This document shows, one piece after another, positions 10,140 through 20,875 of a DNA stretch of 32,000 nt. The translations under genes and the position numbers were made by a program. The DNA is from Trichodesmium erythraeum IMS101. Its GTDB lineage: Bacteria; Cyanobacteriota; Cyanobacteriia; Cyanobacteriales; Microcoleaceae. The notes below the pieces were generated by a model, which was given only the letters and a program-made list of their open reading frames with translations, did not search any database and was not told the DNA's origin. Positions within the stretch are counted from its first letter, which is position 1. The number at the start of each line of letters is the position of its first letter. The stretch lies in contig NC_008312.1 in NCBI RefSeq assembly GCF_000014265.1, positions 1,830,001-1,862,000 of the forward strand, given 5' to 3'.

Positions 10140-11067
10140 TTAGTTGCGTAACATTTTAGGAGTGACTAATTTTATCAAAGTAGCGATCGCCAGTTCTAAT
10201 TGTTGACGAGTTGTGGCCATTTTTTTTTAATGGGCTTTAAGACTTGACCACCATTTTTCAATAAGGTTAAATTGAGAAGAGTAAGGAGATAGATAAATTA
10301 ATCTCGTCCTGATAGTTTTAATAGCTTCAGAGATACCCTTAACCTTATAAGCCGGCAAATTATCTCCAACCACAACTGCTCGGGGGCCATAATTCAGGGA
10401 CTAGTAGTTCTTCGATAAAAGTTTTAAATACCCTGCCACTTGTTCGGTGCATTAATGGTCATAGTGTTGAGGACTTGTTTAAAAATGATTGCTCCGATGA
10501 GGGTAATCATTTGGCCATGAGGATAGGGTGCTACACTATATACTTTATCTCCACATGACCTTCTACCATAAGCAGGTACCATGCCTAGTTGTAATTGGGT
10601 TTCATCAATAAAGAGAAGATTTGTGACTTCTACTGAAGCAAAGGCTAGCCAATACTCAACTAAACCCTTAACTCTTGTACAGCTTTAGTTTCAGCCTGAG
10701 GACTGTGGTTAGTTTTTTTTGTGAGGAGGGTTTGTGTCCTTGTAAGAAACGACTTATTGTAGGAATGCTCACCTTAATAACTGTATCTGTTGTGAATTTT
10801 TGACACAGTTGTTCTAGGATTAAATCTTTGTTTAGTTCTAAGTATTCTAGAATTTTGTGTTTATATGGTTCAAGTTTTCCTTTTTGAGGACGGCCAATAG
10901 GTATTGGTTCTACAGTATTTTCCTTGCAATTTCGATAAGGTAAAATTACTCTTGTAATTAAGCTTAAATTAACTCGAAAACTCTGGGCGATAAGTTTATA
11001 GGAACTTTCTACCTTCAGTATATGTTCCTAAGATTTTTTCTATCAAGTCCATAGAATAGGGTTTCAT
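10140..11067 (-). mobile_element. IS630-family transposase pseudogene
   Basis: The minus-strand reading from the ATG at 11065-11067 begins MKPYSMDLIEKILGTYTEG. It ends ...QLELAIATLIKLVTPKMLRN-stop. Internal DDE_3-like blocks are present (LLMKP..., GDNLPAYKVKG). There are multiple stops and frameshifts. Confidence 0.75.
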
Positions 11068-11221
11068 ATGGCCAGGAGTATATGGAGTAATTTTTGAGGC
11101 TTTTATAGTTAAATAAGTAGTTCCATGAATGTGGAAGAGAGCTTGTGTTGTAATGGAAAATGGGAAAATTTATTTCTCCTAAATGGTGAGAGAAGTTGTT
11201 GAATAAGTTGGAGTTAGTCTG

Positions 11222-11413
11222 TTATTTTTATCTCTTTATTGACCTGAATTTTCTCCAATTGAAAACTTTTGGTGAAAGGTGAAAGCTATTCTAAGAAAAG
11301 TTAAAGCAAGAAATTATAAAGATTTAATTAATATCATTGCCTCAGCTATATTAAAAGTTAGTCAAAAAGATATTCGCAATTGGTTTATCCATTGTTGTTA
11401 CTGTACCTCATAG
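11222..11413 (+). mobile_element. IS630-family transposase C-terminal fragment
   Basis: Translation gives LFLSLY-stop-PEFSPIENFW-stop-KVKAILRKVKARNYKDLINIIASAILKVSQKDIRNWFIHCCY. This matches the YSPELNPIE..W..K tail of IS630 transposases. Confidence 0.6.
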
Positions 11414-11439
11414 CTATGGGAATTGCTATAACAGAACAA

Positions 11440-11960
11440 CAAGGAGTAATTTGTCTTATTTTAAGATTATTGAAAAAACATCAACTAATTCTAGTAGGGG
11501 ATAGGGATTTTTATAGTATACATTTATTATTTGGTTTGAAAGATTATTGTCAAAAACATCTATACCTTTGCATTTCAAAAAAATAAATCAAACCTAAATT
11601 AAGGGTGTTAGTAAATATTGTAAGCTAGAGCAATTAAAAGTAAACTTTGGGTCGATTTTTTTTTAATTAAAAATTTGCCAAAATAAAGAAGGTCTTGATT
11701 GACAATTTGTTGATATATAAAAAGCGCTAAATTAACCAAAAAATCTATCATAAATCTGGTATATTATTAGTGATTTATCGTCATCAGATACAATTAATAA
11801 AGTATATAGTCAAAGAATGGTCATTGACGTCATGTTCAAAGATTGTAAGAGTTGAATTTACAATCTTGAAGAAAAAAAAGCAAATGAAGCTAGATTAAAT
11901 AATTGAATTTTACTAATAGCTATTTCTTGCACAATTAGTTCATTTAAATAACAAAAAAAA
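11440..11960 (+). mobile_element. IS4-family transposase fragment (pseudogene)
   Basis: LILVGDRDFYSIHLLFGLKDY matches the second-D region. Later, in shifted frames, it reads IYKKR...W..L(V)IY...YSQRMVIDVMFKDCKS-stop-IYNLEEKKANEARLNN. This resembles the Y-R-x-IE-x-FKD-x-K-x-GGYNLE block. The sequence is heavily decayed. Confidence 0.5.
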
Positions 11961-12289
11961 TAAAAATAAAGGCTTCAAAATATATATCAAAAAGGAATAA
12001 AAGAGGTAGGATATAGAGAAGGTATAGTAATTTTTGGATTAGATTATATGGTGTTTCTTAGACATTTTATTATAATTTTATTCAAGAATGGGTAGAGAAT
12101 TTAATGATCCGAAATTTTTATAAGTTACTTTATTATCGAAAAGTAATTAAAGCTATGTCAAAGATTAATACTATTTTTCAAAAATAATGCTATTAGGTAT
12201 ATGTAAAAAAATTACTTATTCATATATGCGATCGCTAAAACTACCATTATTGATAACTGGCTTACCCAGCCGGAACAGACTAATTAAAA

Positions 12290-13260
12290 TTATTAATTAT
12301 ACCTACTTTTTCTAAAGCTTCAATGATGAACTACCATCCTGTTAATTAAGCTAAAAAATCCTGGTTAATATTTAGTAGAATTTCCTTAAATCTTTTCTAA
12401 AAAGGTCTGATAAATATCCCAATATTATCCACTTCAGTTTTTGTTTTATTGCTAACCATAACCTCTCTATCAGGTTAAATTCCGGACAATAACTTGGTTG
12501 AAATATGAGAATAATATTATCGGAATTATTAAGTTTAATGATTGATAATATCCAGAATTATCTACTTGAATTATATGTAAATAATTAGGGTAATTATGGG
12601 AAAATATTTCCCAGCAAAAATCGTTTAAATTACTCAACTTATAGAAAAAATTTTTCCATGAATTTGCTTCGATTTAACCCATATAAACACAAATATTTAT
12701 ACTCCCATTGTTTAGTTCCTTTACCCTTGATTCTTTTAAGATTTATTACTTTTCCTGTAATAGTTTTTAATCCCATTCTAGTTTTATAACTACACCAGAA
12801 CCTAATTTTTTTCAGGATTTTTCCTGGCATTAAAATTTTTTAATAGCTTTTTATAGGAGTTCTGACATTTTTTTACTATTCAAAATCTGTTGGATGTTGT
12901 TGAATACTCACTGGACTAGGCACTTTAAATTTGGCATTTTAGTGCTCATAAATATATCTATGTACTGTTGAGTATGGTAGATTAATATCACACACTACTT
13001 TTAACTATTTTTGTATTTCATTATCACTATTAAAACCTTCTAATTATTCTAGTTCAGCTCTAAGTATATTTTTTAATATTGGTGATATTTTTTTCAGTTT
13101 ACCAACAATTTTTTTCTTGTTCAATAAACCTTCTATACTCAATTTTGTTTAGGTAGCAAACTATTGTGATAGAGTTGTACGATGACATCCTAATAACATT
13201 AATATATATTCAATAGTATCTGCCGGAATAATATTTCTTGGAGTTCTTCAACCGATTCCA
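12290..13260 (-). mobile_element. Second IS630-like (DDE_3) transposase pseudogene
   Basis: The minus-strand translation has an HTH-like part (...INLPYSTVHRYIYEH). It is followed by MPGKILKKIRFWCSYKTR...WEYKYLCLYGLN, then IIQVDNSGYYQSLNLIIPDNIILIFQPSYCPEFNLIERLWLAIKQKLKW. The last block is the DNAxxHKS...PPYSPELNPIERxW signature, here with stops. Confidence 0.55.
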
Positions 13261-13453
13261 GAATATCTATTTTAACAAGACACACCATATTATTCACTGT
13301 TTTTATTTTTATTTAAGTAAAGTCTTGCTTTTGATAAATAGTATTATACTCTCTACAATTGTTAATTTTTTTATGATTAATTAAAATTAGTAAAAGTGAC
13401 CTTTTTTCTAATGTTTTTAGCTATTACAGTTGAACTATTGTTCAATGCAGTGG

Positions 13454-13490
13454 GGGTGTAGTGTAAGTGGAGAGGGCTTACACTACACCC
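13454..13490. repeat. Perfect 14-bp inverted repeat (hairpin) with a 9-nt loop
   Basis: gggtgtagtgtaag tggagaggg cttacactacaccc. Confidence 0.8.
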
Positions 13491-13559
13491 TATTATTTAT
13501 ATCAATAGGGATTTTATTTTAATTGAAGTATTATTCAGTCCCTAAAGGCCAATTCTTTT

Positions 13560-14145
13560 CTACATATGGCTTTCAACTAGCTTGTCACCCCGTGAGGTCA
13601 AAAATTTCTTTAACGGCATCAGACTCCGAGCTATTGAAAGAATAACTGGTATTTCTCTGTTGGACAGTGCTTAACTGGGTACGACTTGCTACAGCACAAA
13701 TTTCTGAAAAGAACATAGAAATTCCTGAAACTGCTGAAATTTGCTCACGCTTGATGAACTACAAACTTTTATAGGCTAAAAAAAACAAAGTTTGGGTCTG
13801 GAGTGTTGTAAATAATCAAATGCCAGGAATTTTTAAGCTTGTTATTTGTTATTGGCTGCGCTGTTACCTTCACAATATTGTGACAGATGATTCAAAGTTG
13901 GACTTATTTTCTTTCTATTAATGATGACTACAAGGTTTATACTTACTTAATTGAGGATTGCGATCACAAGGTCAATAAAACAGCCATGACCAGAGTAGAA
14001 GGAGAAAAATGCCGTCGTTGCTACTACTTAACTAGGTTACATCGTAAAACTTTATGCTATTCCAAATCAATTGATATGTTATGCAAGTCAATTGTTTGCT
14101 GATCTATTATTTGAAACATCGGCACGTTCCTCAATTCTCTTTATC
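13560..14145 (+). mobile_element. IS1-family transposase pseudogene fragment
   Basis: Translation reads ...RAIERITGISLLDSA-stop-LGTTCYSTNF, then DELQTFIG-stop-KKQSLGLECCK. ORF 13887-14102 reads ...DDYKVYTYLIEDCDHKVNKTAMTRVEGEKCRRCYYLTRLHRKTLCYSKSIDMLCKSI. This matches the conserved IS1 InsB C-terminal region (TRVEGxNxRLRHYLxRLxRKTLCYSKS). Confidence 0.6.
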
Positions 14146-14522
14146 ATTCGTAATTGTGCAAAGCTAAATAAAATGTAGAAAAGTTTTTGAGAAATGGTAT
14201 TAGTTTTTGATGTTTTAATTTCAGGCCCAAAACAAAAATATAACTAATGCCAACCACTATCAGATTAAAGACTTCAGGCATTTATCTTCATATCAACTTT
14301 TCTTTTTGCAAGATGTAAGTTTCCCTGTTTACCTCCCACATTTTCTTTAATCCCTAAAATATATAAATTATTAATTATTCGGTAATCTAGGTTCCTTCAA
14401 GTCACTGAGTTACAGTTGTTTTTTCTGTTTTCTATTCCCGGCAAATTGCGCCCTTACTACTCCTTACAGCAAAAAATAACTTAAACTAGGAAGAAGTAAA
14501 TATTCATAGTAATTCATTTTCT

Positions 14523-17486
14523 ATGCCTTTATTAACAGAAAGAACAATTGAAGTTGGACAAAAACTACAAGGCTTTGAAGTCAAAGCTATTACTGACCTG
14601 AAGCAACAGCGAATGGTGGCATATCAGCTAGAACATATCAAAACAGGTGCAAAACTGTTACACCTATATTCAGAAGATGCTGAAAATCTCTTTTCAATTA
14701 GTTTTCCCACTCCCCCTCCAAATAGCACAGGAGTATCCCATATCCTAGAACATTCTGTATTAGCAGGTTCAAAAAAATATCCTGTACGCGAACCATTTTT
14801 TGAAATGCTAAAAATGAGTCCAGCAACCTTCATTAATGCCATGACTGGCCCTGACTGCACTTACTATCCAGTTTCCAGTAAAGTTAAACAAGACTTATTC
14901 AACTTGGCAGAAGTATACTTTGACGCTGTATTTCACCCACTGCTAACCGAAAATACGTTTAAACGAGAAGGACACCACTTAGCTCCTACCGACAAGGAAA
15001 ACCCAACAGGGGAATTAAAATTTACTGGGGTAGTTTACAATGAAATGAATGGAGCTTTTTCTGACCCTGAACAAAGGTTAGATAGTATTGCTAACCAAAG
15101 TCTATTTCCTGATAACATTTATGGTCTTGAATCTGGAGGGAACCCCCAAAATATTCCTGAACTCACTTACAAAGACTTCCGTGACTTCCATTCCAGCTAT
15201 TATCATCCCAGTAATGCTTACTTTGTTTTTTACGGCAATATTTCTACTCCTGAATATCTTGAATTTTTAGCCAAAAAGCTAGAAGCTTTTGAAAGACAGA
15301 AACCTAATATCAATATTAATCCTCAATCTCGCTGGAGTGAACCTCGTTTTAAAGAAGATTCCTACCCTATTAGTGCAGCGGATGAAACAACACAAAAAAC
15401 TTACATAATGATCAAATGGTTGGTGGGAGATAGCACTGACTCTGAGGAATGGGTAGCTTTAGATATTCTCAGTCGCATCTTGTTGGGAAATGAAGCGGCA
15501 CCATTGAAAAAGGCGATTGTTGAATCCCAAATTGGTCAAGATCTACTCGGCTCTGGAGTAGATTCTGTGGGTAAGGAGGTTACTTTTCATCTGGGTATTC
15601 AAGGAAGCGAACCTAACCAGGGTGAAGCATTCAGTCAGTTAGTAATCAAGACTTTAAAAGAAATTGCTGAAGAGGACATTGAACCTAGTATTGTTGAGGC
15701 AGCGTTTCAACAGGCAATTTACCAACACCAGGAAATAGGTAGTATGTATCCTTTACGGATGTTGTTTCGGGTGATGCAAACCTGGATTTATAGTAATGAT
15801 CCATTGAAGTTTTTACATATTAGCGATCGCCTCGCCGAATGCAAACAACGTTACCTGGAAAAACCTAGATATTTTAATAACCTAATTCGTGAAAAATTAC
15901 TCAATAACCCCCACCGTTTGACACTGGTATTAAAACCAGATAAAGAATGGCAATCTAATTATGACAAAGCAGTAGTAGCACAGGTGGAACAAGTACGTTC
16001 TCAATTAACTTCAGAAGAATTAGAACGCATAGCTACTGAAGCAACAGAATTAGAAATAGAGTCAGGAACTCCTAATTCTCCTGAAGAAATAGCTAAACTG
16101 CCCCAACTACAAGTGAAGGACTTACCTGACAAACCAGAACATATTCCTACTGATGTCGAAGAACTTGATGGCCAAGTGACACTTTTAAGGAATCATGTGC
16201 TAGCAAATGGAGTAAATTATTTACAACTAGATTTCAGTTTGCGTGGGTTGCCTGAAGATTTGTGGTTGTATCTATCTATTTATATAGATGCACTGCGGAA
16301 GTTGGGTGCAGGAGAAATGAACTACGAACAGGTGGCTCGCGGCATTGCTTCTTATACCGGGGGAATTAGTTTTCAATCTCTGTTACGGACTTCTACTAAA
16401 GATGCCTATCATTCTGTGCGTGGACTTCGCGTCACCATTAAAACCCTAGATGAACAGATTGAACCAGCATTAGAGTTGTTACACAACATGATTTTTGCAG
16501 TTAATCCTCGGGATACAGCTCGACTACGGGAAGTGATGATTCAGTCTTATTCTCAATCTAATTCAGATTTGATTTATAACGGTATCTACACTGCTATATT
16601 GCGAGCTAGTGCTGGTATGACATCAGAAGCTAAGATTAGTGAGATTGTTAACGGTTTACCTCAACTGGAGTTGTTGAAAAAAGTATGCGATCGATTTGAT
16701 GAACATGGGGCAAATTTGATGAGCAAGGTTGAAACTATCCGGGATTATGTAGCCAATCAACCTTTGACTGCTAGTTTTACTGGTTCAGATAATGCTTATA
16801 ATGTGGTCAAGAAGACTCTCTCGGAGTGGGGTCATCAGCAAAAGCAACAAGAAGGAGATACTTTTGGTAGTCGCTTTGAACCAGTTTATAATATGCGGGA
16901 AGCTTTAGCAGGTCCAGTACAGGTGGCTTATTGCGTTCAGACTATGCCAGCTCCTCACTTTAGTGATGAAAGAGCGCCATTTTTAAGGTTAGGTACTCAT
17001 TTATTAGGTTTGGGTTATCTATTTACAGAAGTTCGTCTTAAGGGTAATGCTTACGGTGCAGGATGTCGTTATAGTGGTTTAGGAAAAGTTATTTCTCTCT
17101 ATTCTTATCGCGATCCTCATGTCAGTCGTACTCTTGATGTATTTGCTGGTTTGATAGATTATCTTAAGGATGTAGATTGGACTCAGATTGATGTTGACCG
17201 GGCAATTATTGCTACAATTCAAGATGATTCTCCAGTTTTGCGCCCAGAAGTAGCCACAAGCTTAGCTTTGGAACGTCATTTGATAGCGCAAACTGCTGAA
17301 CTTAGGGAGGAACGTTATCAGCGAACGCTCAAAGCTACAGTTGCAGATGTGAAAGAAACTTTGTTAGATGTTTTTACTGCGGGGATGGAACGTAGTAATG
17401 TTTGCGTAATGTCTTCTCGCGAAAAATTGGAAGAAGCAAACCGTTCTCGGGAGGCGGATCCATTGACAATTTCTGATATTATGTAA
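14523..17486 (+). CDS. M16C (PreP/insulinase-like) zinc metalloprotease
   Basis: 987 aa. It has the inverted zincin motif HILEHSVLAGS (HxxEH), with the downstream E in YNEMNGAF. Its length and architecture are typical of presequence-protease-like M16C enzymes. Confidence 0.9.
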   Translation: MPLLTERTIEVGQKLQGFEVKAITDLKQQRMVAYQLEHIKTGAKLLHLYSEDAENLFSISFPTPPPNSTGVSHILEHSVLAGSKKYPVREPFFEMLKMSPATFINAMTGPDCTYYPVSSKVKQDLFNLAEVYFDAVFHPLLTENTFKREGHHLAPTDKENPTGELKFTGVVYNEMNGAFSDPEQRLDSIANQSLFPDNIYGLESGGNPQNIPELTYKDFRDFHSSYYHPSNAYFVFYGNISTPEYLEFLAKKLEAFERQKPNININPQSRWSEPRFKEDSYPISAADETTQKTYIMIKWLVGDSTDSEEWVALDILSRILLGNEAAPLKKAIVESQIGQDLLGSGVDSVGKEVTFHLGIQGSEPNQGEAFSQLVIKTLKEIAEEDIEPSIVEAAFQQAIYQHQEIGSMYPLRMLFRVMQTWIYSNDPLKFLHISDRLAECKQRYLEKPRYFNNLIREKLLNNPHRLTLVLKPDKEWQSNYDKAVVAQVEQVRSQLTSEELERIATEATELEIESGTPNSPEEIAKLPQLQVKDLPDKPEHIPTDVEELDGQVTLLRNHVLANGVNYLQLDFSLRGLPEDLWLYLSIYIDALRKLGAGEMNYEQVARGIASYTGGISFQSLLRTSTKDAYHSVRGLRVTIKTLDEQIEPALELLHNMIFAVNPRDTARLREVMIQSYSQSNSDLIYNGIYTAILRASAGMTSEAKISEIVNGLPQLELLKKVCDRFDEHGANLMSKVETIRDYVANQPLTASFTGSDNAYNVVKKTLSEWGHQQKQQEGDTFGSRFEPVYNMREALAGPVQVAYCVQTMPAPHFSDERAPFLRLGTHLLGLGYLFTEVRLKGNAYGAGCRYSGLGKVISLYSYRDPHVSRTLDVFAGLIDYLKDVDWTQIDVDRAIIATIQDDSPVLRPEVATSLALERHLIAQTAELREERYQRTLKATVADVKETLLDVFTAGMERSNVCVMSSREKLEEANRSREADPLTISDIM

Positions 17487-17492
17487 TATCAA

Positions 17493-17563
17493 CAGGACTT
17501 ACGCAATAATTTTGGATAGCTATCTCAAGCGTCTTAAACTACAACAATAATAGGTAAGTCCTG
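17493..17563. mobile_element. Miniature inverted-repeat unit carrying the same termini as the 1.1-1.4 kb elements
   Basis: caggacttacgcaat...(about 50 nt)...aggtaagtcctg starts 7 nt after the M16 protease stop codon. The 10-bp arms caggacttac and gtaagtcctg are perfect complements. Confidence 0.55.
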
Positions 17564-18018
17564 TAATAGTCTTTTGGTTTCTGGTTAATACATTTCTGCT
17601 ATTGTTACCAAAAGCTATGTCATCGTTTACCTAAAAAGGTCAAATCTAATTTTAAGTTAACCAAACAACGTTTGAATCTCCCAGGGATGAATATAATCTT
17701 GAATTACACTTGCCCCTGGGAGATCGCTAACTACCATTAACAGTTGCTATTTGTGCCAAGTTGATATTTCTCTAAATACAGCTTAGATAAATAAAGGGAT
17801 AAATTTAATTCTGGCTTCATAGCAATAAAAGTGGTAATTTATAAGTTGTTTGTAGTCAACTAATCTCCCAAATATTCAGGTTTCATAGAGATTATGGTTT
17901 AAGTACTATAAACTTTTTCCTATTCTATAAGTCAAGCTTTTTGTCCTGTACTTAGGAAAGTAAATCTTTTTAAGAAGTTCCACACGCTCTATCCCACAAA
18001 CAATATGATTTTTTTGAA

Positions 18019-19443
18019 CAGGAATTACTCGAAGACACTATATAAGTGTATATGCTTGCCAAGAGAGATAGAATTACCTGAGCTTTTGCGAACACTAATT
18101 TTTTTTAAGGGATATAGCTGCCATAGTTCCTCCCCTAGTGCTGAACAACAAAATCATCATAACTAATACAAAGATATGTTCTTTAAATTGATTTTAGCTC
18201 TATATAGATGTGGCAAATGGTAAAGATTTTTTGCTAAAATACCTGGATTATTGTATAATAATATTATTGTTAATTTGAGCCAACAATATAAATTTTAAAT
18301 ATATTAATTATAGTTAATAATTACTCAATTTTTATACAAATTATACGGTCAAAATTTTTAAAAAATTACCAAAAAATGTTAGCTGTGACATGATAAGTAA
18401 TCATTTAAAAAAATAAAAAAATGATAATCATAAATAAAAAAAATGTTGGCAAAATATAACTTATACAGAAGCTTATTTGATATTTTATTATCTTTTTTAA
18501 CAAAAAATATAGTAATAAAACTAACTTTTTTTCGTCAACAGTATAGTAGTAATGAGTATCAAGTAGTTTGTGGTGTATGAATAGCAAACTTTATATCTTT
18601 TAAGCTGAAATCGAAAATTTTGGCTCATAGGTTATCGAGTTTATGACCCAGATACTGAGAAAAAAAACCAATATATAAAAATATAAAATAAATAATTTTA
18701 TACGTAATAAATAATAACAAATTACTATTTAAGATTGTATTAATAGATAATTTTTATAGGACAAAAAGAGCAATAAAATTGATAGATAATATGGAAAAAT
18801 TTATTATTGCCTCTGCAAATAAATTGTTATCTTCGATAATACTGGTAGTATATAAAAATATAAAATTATAGGATAATTGATTTAGAATAACTTAGAAAAA
18901 ATATTATGTAAAATAATTCAAATTAAAAGAATTATTTTGAGTTCAAAAAAAAGTCAAGCTATCATAGAAAAATATTTATCCTAAATTCAGCAGAATATAT
19001 TGTCACTAATCATTTCAGTCAATCTTCAGTATATACTGTATAATCTGAGTCACAAACTAAATCTAATATCGAATAAATTATCCCCAGAATTAAGAAATTA
19101 AACGCAATTAAATTTTGTCAATTTCGTCGATTACAATATAAAAAAACCACATAGTTTTTGCTATTTTAGTCTGGAATTTATCAAAAAAATTAACAGTAAA
19201 AATAGGAAAAAATATTGATGAAGTTAAATACAAATTACTCTCAGATTATTTTCTTCAATAGTTAAAAAAATCTCACAATAAAAATCAGGGATATTTTTAT
19301 TTTATAGGTGCTTTAACCCTTGTTTTAACAATGGCAAAAATCTTAAGGGGGTTGTTAAACTTTTAGGCGATCGCGAAGGTTCAGCTCCTTATATTGCTAT
19401 CGGCAAGAATACGCCCTTATGTAGCTTCTTTGTGTAAATCCTG
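18019..19443. mobile_element. Non-autonomous TIR element, copy 2 (about 1.4 kb, more diverged)
   Basis: The left end caggaattactcgaagacactatataagtgt and right end atacgcccttatgtagcttctttgtgtaaatcctg match the copy 1 ends. Shared internal blocks include gatatagctgcca...gaacaacaaaat, aaatt(t/c)agcagaatatattg and ttttgt...aaaa(t/c)cac.t.gttt.tgctat. There is no credible ORF. Confidence 0.5.
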
Positions 19444-19483
19444 AAAGTATTAAATCCTTATTCTTTTATTAAGTTAATACTCT

Positions 19484-20875
19484 CTAATTTTTCTGAATAC
19501 CATAACAAAGCCGAGCAAGTACTATTGGATTATTTTCCATCAAATCATTTGTTAGACTTTTTAAACCCTGTAAAAAGTGTTCCAAATTATGAGTTTTTGA
19601 ACCGTCATTTTCGCAATCACGATCCTCACAGTTCCAATTCTGCCACCAATCTTGTTCTCCCAAACCATTAGCGACTACATCAACTTTGAATAAATAAATA
19701 TTTGCTTGTGGTAATTCATTAGGTTTAATTGTATTTGTATAACTTAAATCACGATTTTTGCCTACTTCCCAATTACTAAATTGCATTGAATTGAAGAGTT
19801 TTTTTGCCATTATAGCCTCTGAAGAAATGAATTCTGTTGTTGACTCATCAAAATATTTACTTTCACTAATTTTAGCTTTTATAGAATTAGCTGATGGTGG
19901 CAATGTATACTCATTTAAAATCGGCAAATTAACCTTGTATTCAATTGGTATTTCTTTTGAGAAATTGGGGATTATTTCTAACAATTCAAATTCTTTACGC
20001 TTCGGGAATTCGATCGCTACTTTACCATTATTAAGAGAGAAGGGTCGCTTCAGACCTGATATTGGTTCGCCTGGGTTTTTCAATTCACTCATGACCGATA
20101 AATCATTTATAATATTATTAGGTGAAAAGATTGTAAATTCACTGTTTTTAATTAATTCTCCTCCATCCCGCTTGAGTTTTTCAAAGTAGTAGAGAATATG
20201 TTTGTAGGGACCTAAAAATATCACATAAAAAGGCCGAAACTTTTCTATTGGTTTCCCTTCAGTGTTATAAGGAAAGTTAAAGTTATCTCTATTGCTACCA
20301 ACAACATAAACTTTTCCATTAAATTCACTTCTAATTGCTAAAATACCTGCTGCATATCCTTCTTTATTAAGATAATGTTGTCTAATTTTTTTGTTGACTG
20401 CAGTGACATCGCCTTGATTTTGATACAAATCTGTGATCAGAACTAAAAGTTCTTTTCCTTCCTTTTGTGGTGCAATAGCACCTGTTAGATTACTTGTGAC
20501 TCGATCTTCGTAGTAAAACCTCTCTTTTATTGCTTCTAGGAATTTTGAACGACTGATTTTTTGTTTCTCCGGCCCTCCAACACGATAGTATTCAACTAAG
20601 TCAGATATAGAAAATGTGCGGTCTAGCAGTTGTATTGTTTTTATATAACGACTAGCACCGTTAGTTAAATATCCCGGCATAGATTCTGAGCCATCTATAT
20701 TAAGGCTAATATTAATTGGGCCTGGTGGGGCATCCAATGAGGGAGACTGACCTTTCGTCAAAGGTACATCACAAGATAGATCGTTGTAAGTTTTTGGTCT
20801 ACAGGCTGTTGTGATACCTATTAGCATGAATAATAGAAGGGGAATTTTCCATCTTGTAATTTTTGTTGAATTCAT
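19484..20875 (-). CDS. Predicted lipoprotein with vWA-like (MIDAS) domain and an uncharacterised C-terminal half
   Basis: 463 aa. The signal peptide has a lipobox (LLLFMLIGITTAC). It has the MIDAS DxSxS motif (NIDGSESMPGY). Later NLTGAI and LLVLITDLYQN strands are typical of the vWA fold. It is the last gene of the minus-strand cluster. Confidence 0.7.
   Translation of the reverse strand: MNSTKITRWKIPLLLFMLIGITTACRPKTYNDLSCDVPLTKGQSPSLDAPPGPINISLNIDGSESMPGYLTNGASRYIKTIQLLDRTFSISDLVEYYRVGGPEKQKISRSKFLEAIKERFYYEDRVTSNLTGAIAPQKEGKELLVLITDLYQNQGDVTAVNKKIRQHYLNKEGYAAGILAIRSEFNGKVYVVGSNRDNFNFPYNTEGKPIEKFRPFYVIFLGPYKHILYYFEKLKRDGGELIKNSEFTIFSPNNIINDLSVMSELKNPGEPISGLKRPFSLNNGKVAIEFPKRKEFELLEIIPNFSKEIPIEYKVNLPILNEYTLPPSANSIKAKISESKYFDESTTEFISSEAIMAKKLFNSMQFSNWEVGKNRDLSYTNTIKPNELPQANIYLFKVDVVANGLGEQDWWQNWNCEDRDCENDGSKTHNLEHFLQGLKSLTNDLMENNPIVLARLCYGIQKN

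Noticed and set aside
11380-11586. 68-aa ORF. The same applies to 12639-12830 and 13887-14102.
   Set aside because: They are not independent genes. Each is an open segment of a decayed transposase (IS4-like, IS630-like and IS1 respectively). They are reported as mobile-element remnants instead.
14624-15270. Small ORFs 14624-14860 (minus) and 15088-15270 (plus)
   Set aside because: Both are embedded in the 987-aa M16 protease CDS, in other frames or on the other strand.
17676-17724. Inverted repeat atctcccaggg ... ccctgggagat downstream of the M16 protease
   Set aside because: The 11-bp stem has a loop of about 27 nt, no U-tract, and lies about 190 nt from the stop codon. This is insufficient to call a terminator.
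18405-18587. 60-aa ORF in extremely AT-rich DNA
   Set aside because: The translation is low-complexity and rich in F, L, I, K and Y, inside the decayed TIR element. This is expected by chance at this base composition.
19758-20189. 143-aa plus-strand ORF
   Set aside because: It lies entirely antisense within the vWA lipoprotein gene and has no motifs. The minus-strand frame carries the signal peptide and MIDAS motifs.
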